Of a stretch of 64,000 bases of DNA, positions 61,507 through 64,000 are shown piece by piece. Position 1 is the first letter of the stretch; each line of letters opens with the position of its first letter. The DNA lies in the NCBI RefSeq assembly GCF_018350175.1, contig NC_058368.1:92444001-92508000 (forward strand), written 5' to 3'. The DNA is from Felis catus. Taxonomy: Eukaryota. Under the pieces are notes generated by a model. That model was not told the origin of the DNA, did not search any database, and saw nothing but the letters and a program-made list of their open reading frames with translations. Both the position numbers and the translations under genes were made by a program.

Positions 61507-63094
61507 GGATTCATAATATTTTGTAGTGAAAGGATAGCAAAGGGATTACGTACCTCAATTCGTTCATTTTGCACTTGAGGAGACGGGGTAGTAAAGCAAA
61601 TTGACTTGATCGTGATCGCAGAGCTAGTCAATGCGAAAGCTGTGCTAGGATCCAGGCTGCTTGCATTTTATCTAAGTCTTCTTGCTCCCGGAATAAACTG
61701 CCTTTTTGAATTTCAAGGACATTCTTTGATGAAAGCCATATCCAGATCTGCAAACCAACACAGTACAAGGAAGGGTGAATCTTTCCTTGTCTTGGGGCAG
61801 CACTCTCGGGGAAAGTGTATTACAAAGAGCCCCAATGTGGGCTCTGATCTGTTTTCTTTGGTGATGCCAGGTATGTGGAATTAGATACCATTGACTTGCC
61901 CTCAGGCTTTCTGTTAGAGTTCTAGGAAAAAAAAATCTGCCTGTCAGCTGCTTCGAAACCAAGCCTAATTATTCTTCATTCTGCAGTGACAGACATCATC
62001 AGGGATGGCAGGTTTGCGTTCAAATACTGCAAATACTTGATGTACATTATATTCTAAATACATGAATATATTGCCCCCAAGCAAAGAGTGTTTCCCTGCT
62101 AATAGCTGCTGAATTGTAGAATTCAGGGATTTTATGAAGCGGAGGGAACCCTGGAGAAATTAGCTTGGGAACAACAGACTGCTTTTCAAGGATAATCCTC
62201 TGTGTCTAAATTATATATGTATTATTGTCCTTCATTTGCATGACCAATTATAGGGAAGTTCCTTATTGTGAGATGCCATAATTTTGTATAATTGTAGTCA
62301 TCTCAGCAGTTTTGAGGGAGGTTTCCCTAGTAGAACGCAGTCTCAGGGAAAGCAAATTATGTTGATTTACTAGCAATTCTGCAAATGGATAGGGTGTCTT
62401 TTTTATGCAGCACAAAGAAACTGCACGCTGTTTGACATTGTAAATTGCTTGCTTGGAATATGTCAAGCTGCAGACCTATAATTGCATGGTGTTGCCTCTG
62501 AGGGGCCACCATTTTGCACTTGGATTTGGAGACTTTCTGTGTGATGATTCAGGGAGAAAAATGGTACTCATTTACCCAATAGCAGAGGGCAGGGCAGTGG
62601 CTATGAACATCCAGGAAAAAGCAGAAAAGAACCAAGTCTACGGTAAATTTCTGTCTAAGCTCCGGTATCTCTGTGGTTTTACTGAAATTAGCTTATATGA
62701 ATATTGTCACCAAATGAACAAGAAGAGAAGGGACGTTAACTGGCTACCTCAACATCTCTCCTAGCCTCATAAGATCTAGGAAGAGGTGGGTTTTAGAGCT
62801 GATCTAGGCTGTGCTGCTGTCTGCGCCCTGGGCAGGAAAGCTGGGAGGTTAAATGCTATGTCTGGCAGGTGCACAGCTGGATGGGGGAGGAGTCCAGGCT
62901 GAATTTTGCTGGCAGGCCATTTCAGGTTCCATCAGGGTGGAGGATCCCTGGCAGGATGATGGTATTGGATAGGGTCTTGCAGAATTTTACAAGCACTTGT
63001 AGGGCTTTTTATTTCTTTCCTATGACACCCTAGAAATTGGTGATTTTCAGAGGGCTGAATGTGAGCAGTTGCTGAAGGAGACCAGGGAGCTGAT

Positions 63095-63308
63095 TTCTTT
63101 TTTTTAATGTTTAATTATTTTTGAGAAAGAGAGAGAGACAAGAGTGCAAGGGAGGAGGGGCAGAGAAAGGGAGACACAGAATCTGAAGCAGGCTCCAGGC
63201 TCTGAGCTGTCAGCACAGAGCCTGACACGGGGCTCGAACTCCTCACCTGCGAGATCATGACCTGAGCCGAAGTCGGATGCTTAACTGACTGAGCCACCCA
63301 GGTGCCCC
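63095..63308 (-). mobile_element. CanSINE
   Basis: Full body. Confidence 0.92.
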
Positions 63309-63899
63309 TTAACCTGCTGGATATTTTAAACTTTTTATCGGTATTACTCATGTGGGACTTCTCTGTGACTTTTTTTTGTTTGTTTGTTTTACACTAGATT
63401 AGAATATTACAGAGGTCAGACCCTTAGTCTGAAATAGCTTGACATCTTCTGTCCTGCTTGGCATGGTGGTGCCTCACACACAGTGGGTTCTCGGTGTTGC
63501 TAAATGAATGGACACACCCCTGACCATCTCTGGACCTTTCACTTTCTGGATCTTTCCTGTGCCTGCACAAGGAGGGTTTCTGCCCATGATTTCTCTTCCT
63601 CCCAGATATGGGGCATAATGGCGTGGAGACCTCTGCTTTGGTCCCCCTTACTCAGTTTCTTTTTTCAGGACTTGTCTAGTAACAAGAAATCTCCAGGCGG
63701 TCCTCCAGACTTGGAGCTTTGTGCACATCAATTTACTGAGTTCAGAAACTCAGTAAAAATTTTTTTTTCACTGCCCAGACAGTACAAAGTATGCTTATTA
63801 TATTTCTAGTGAGTTTGCTTAATGGGAAATATAACTGCCATCATTTTAGAGAATTAGGTCCCTTTTGCATGACCGTGCAATTTTTTTTTCAAGCATCTT

Positions 63900-64000
63900 G
63901 CTAGCATTATCAACAATAGCCTAACTATGAAGAGAGCCCAAATGTCCATTGACTGACGACTGGATAAAAAAAATGTGGTATATAAATACAATGGAATATT
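63900..64000 (+). mobile_element. L1 fragment running off the window
   Basis: AGAGCCCAAATGTCCATTGACTGA..TGGATAAA..ATGTGGTATATA..ACAATGGAATATT. Confidence 0.85.

Noticed and set aside
1..64000. Recurring ORFs such as WVAQSVKHLTSAQVMISWF... and HDLMVCEFKPCVGLCADSSEPGACF...
   Set aside because: These are translations of SINE copies, not a gene family.
1..64000. A CRISPR array, operon or other multi-gene system
   Set aside because: Eukaryotic repeat-rich DNA with no regularly spaced repeat-spacer array and no long ORFs.

Overview
This is mammalian genomic DNA, almost certainly from a cat-family (Felidae) species. It is packed with tRNA-derived carnivore SINEs of the feline SINEC_Fc type (roughly 60 copies, about one per kb, split about evenly between strands). 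It also holds carnivore and ancient L1 fragments, a complete internally deleted Tigger1-type DNA transposon, MER5/MER20 hAT elements, MIR and L2 relics, and several solo LTRs (MLT1, MLT2, MER21-like, two ERV1-like). I recognise no protein-coding exon, RNA gene or CRISPR array. The ORF track is mostly SINE or L1 read-through, so the window looks intronic or intergenic. I found no new multi-gene system. The best observations are structural: a perfect 26-bp inverted repeat with a 5-nt loop (53115-53171); apparent gene conversion between two inverted SINEs about 1.1 kb apart; a ~200-bp in-place inversion inside a MER21-like LTR; C17 and G15 runs bracketing 232 bp of unique DNA; repeatedly used insertion sites; and several repeat-free islands that may be enhancers. 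Repeat family names come from my recall of consensus sequences, not from a database search, and boundaries are approximate.
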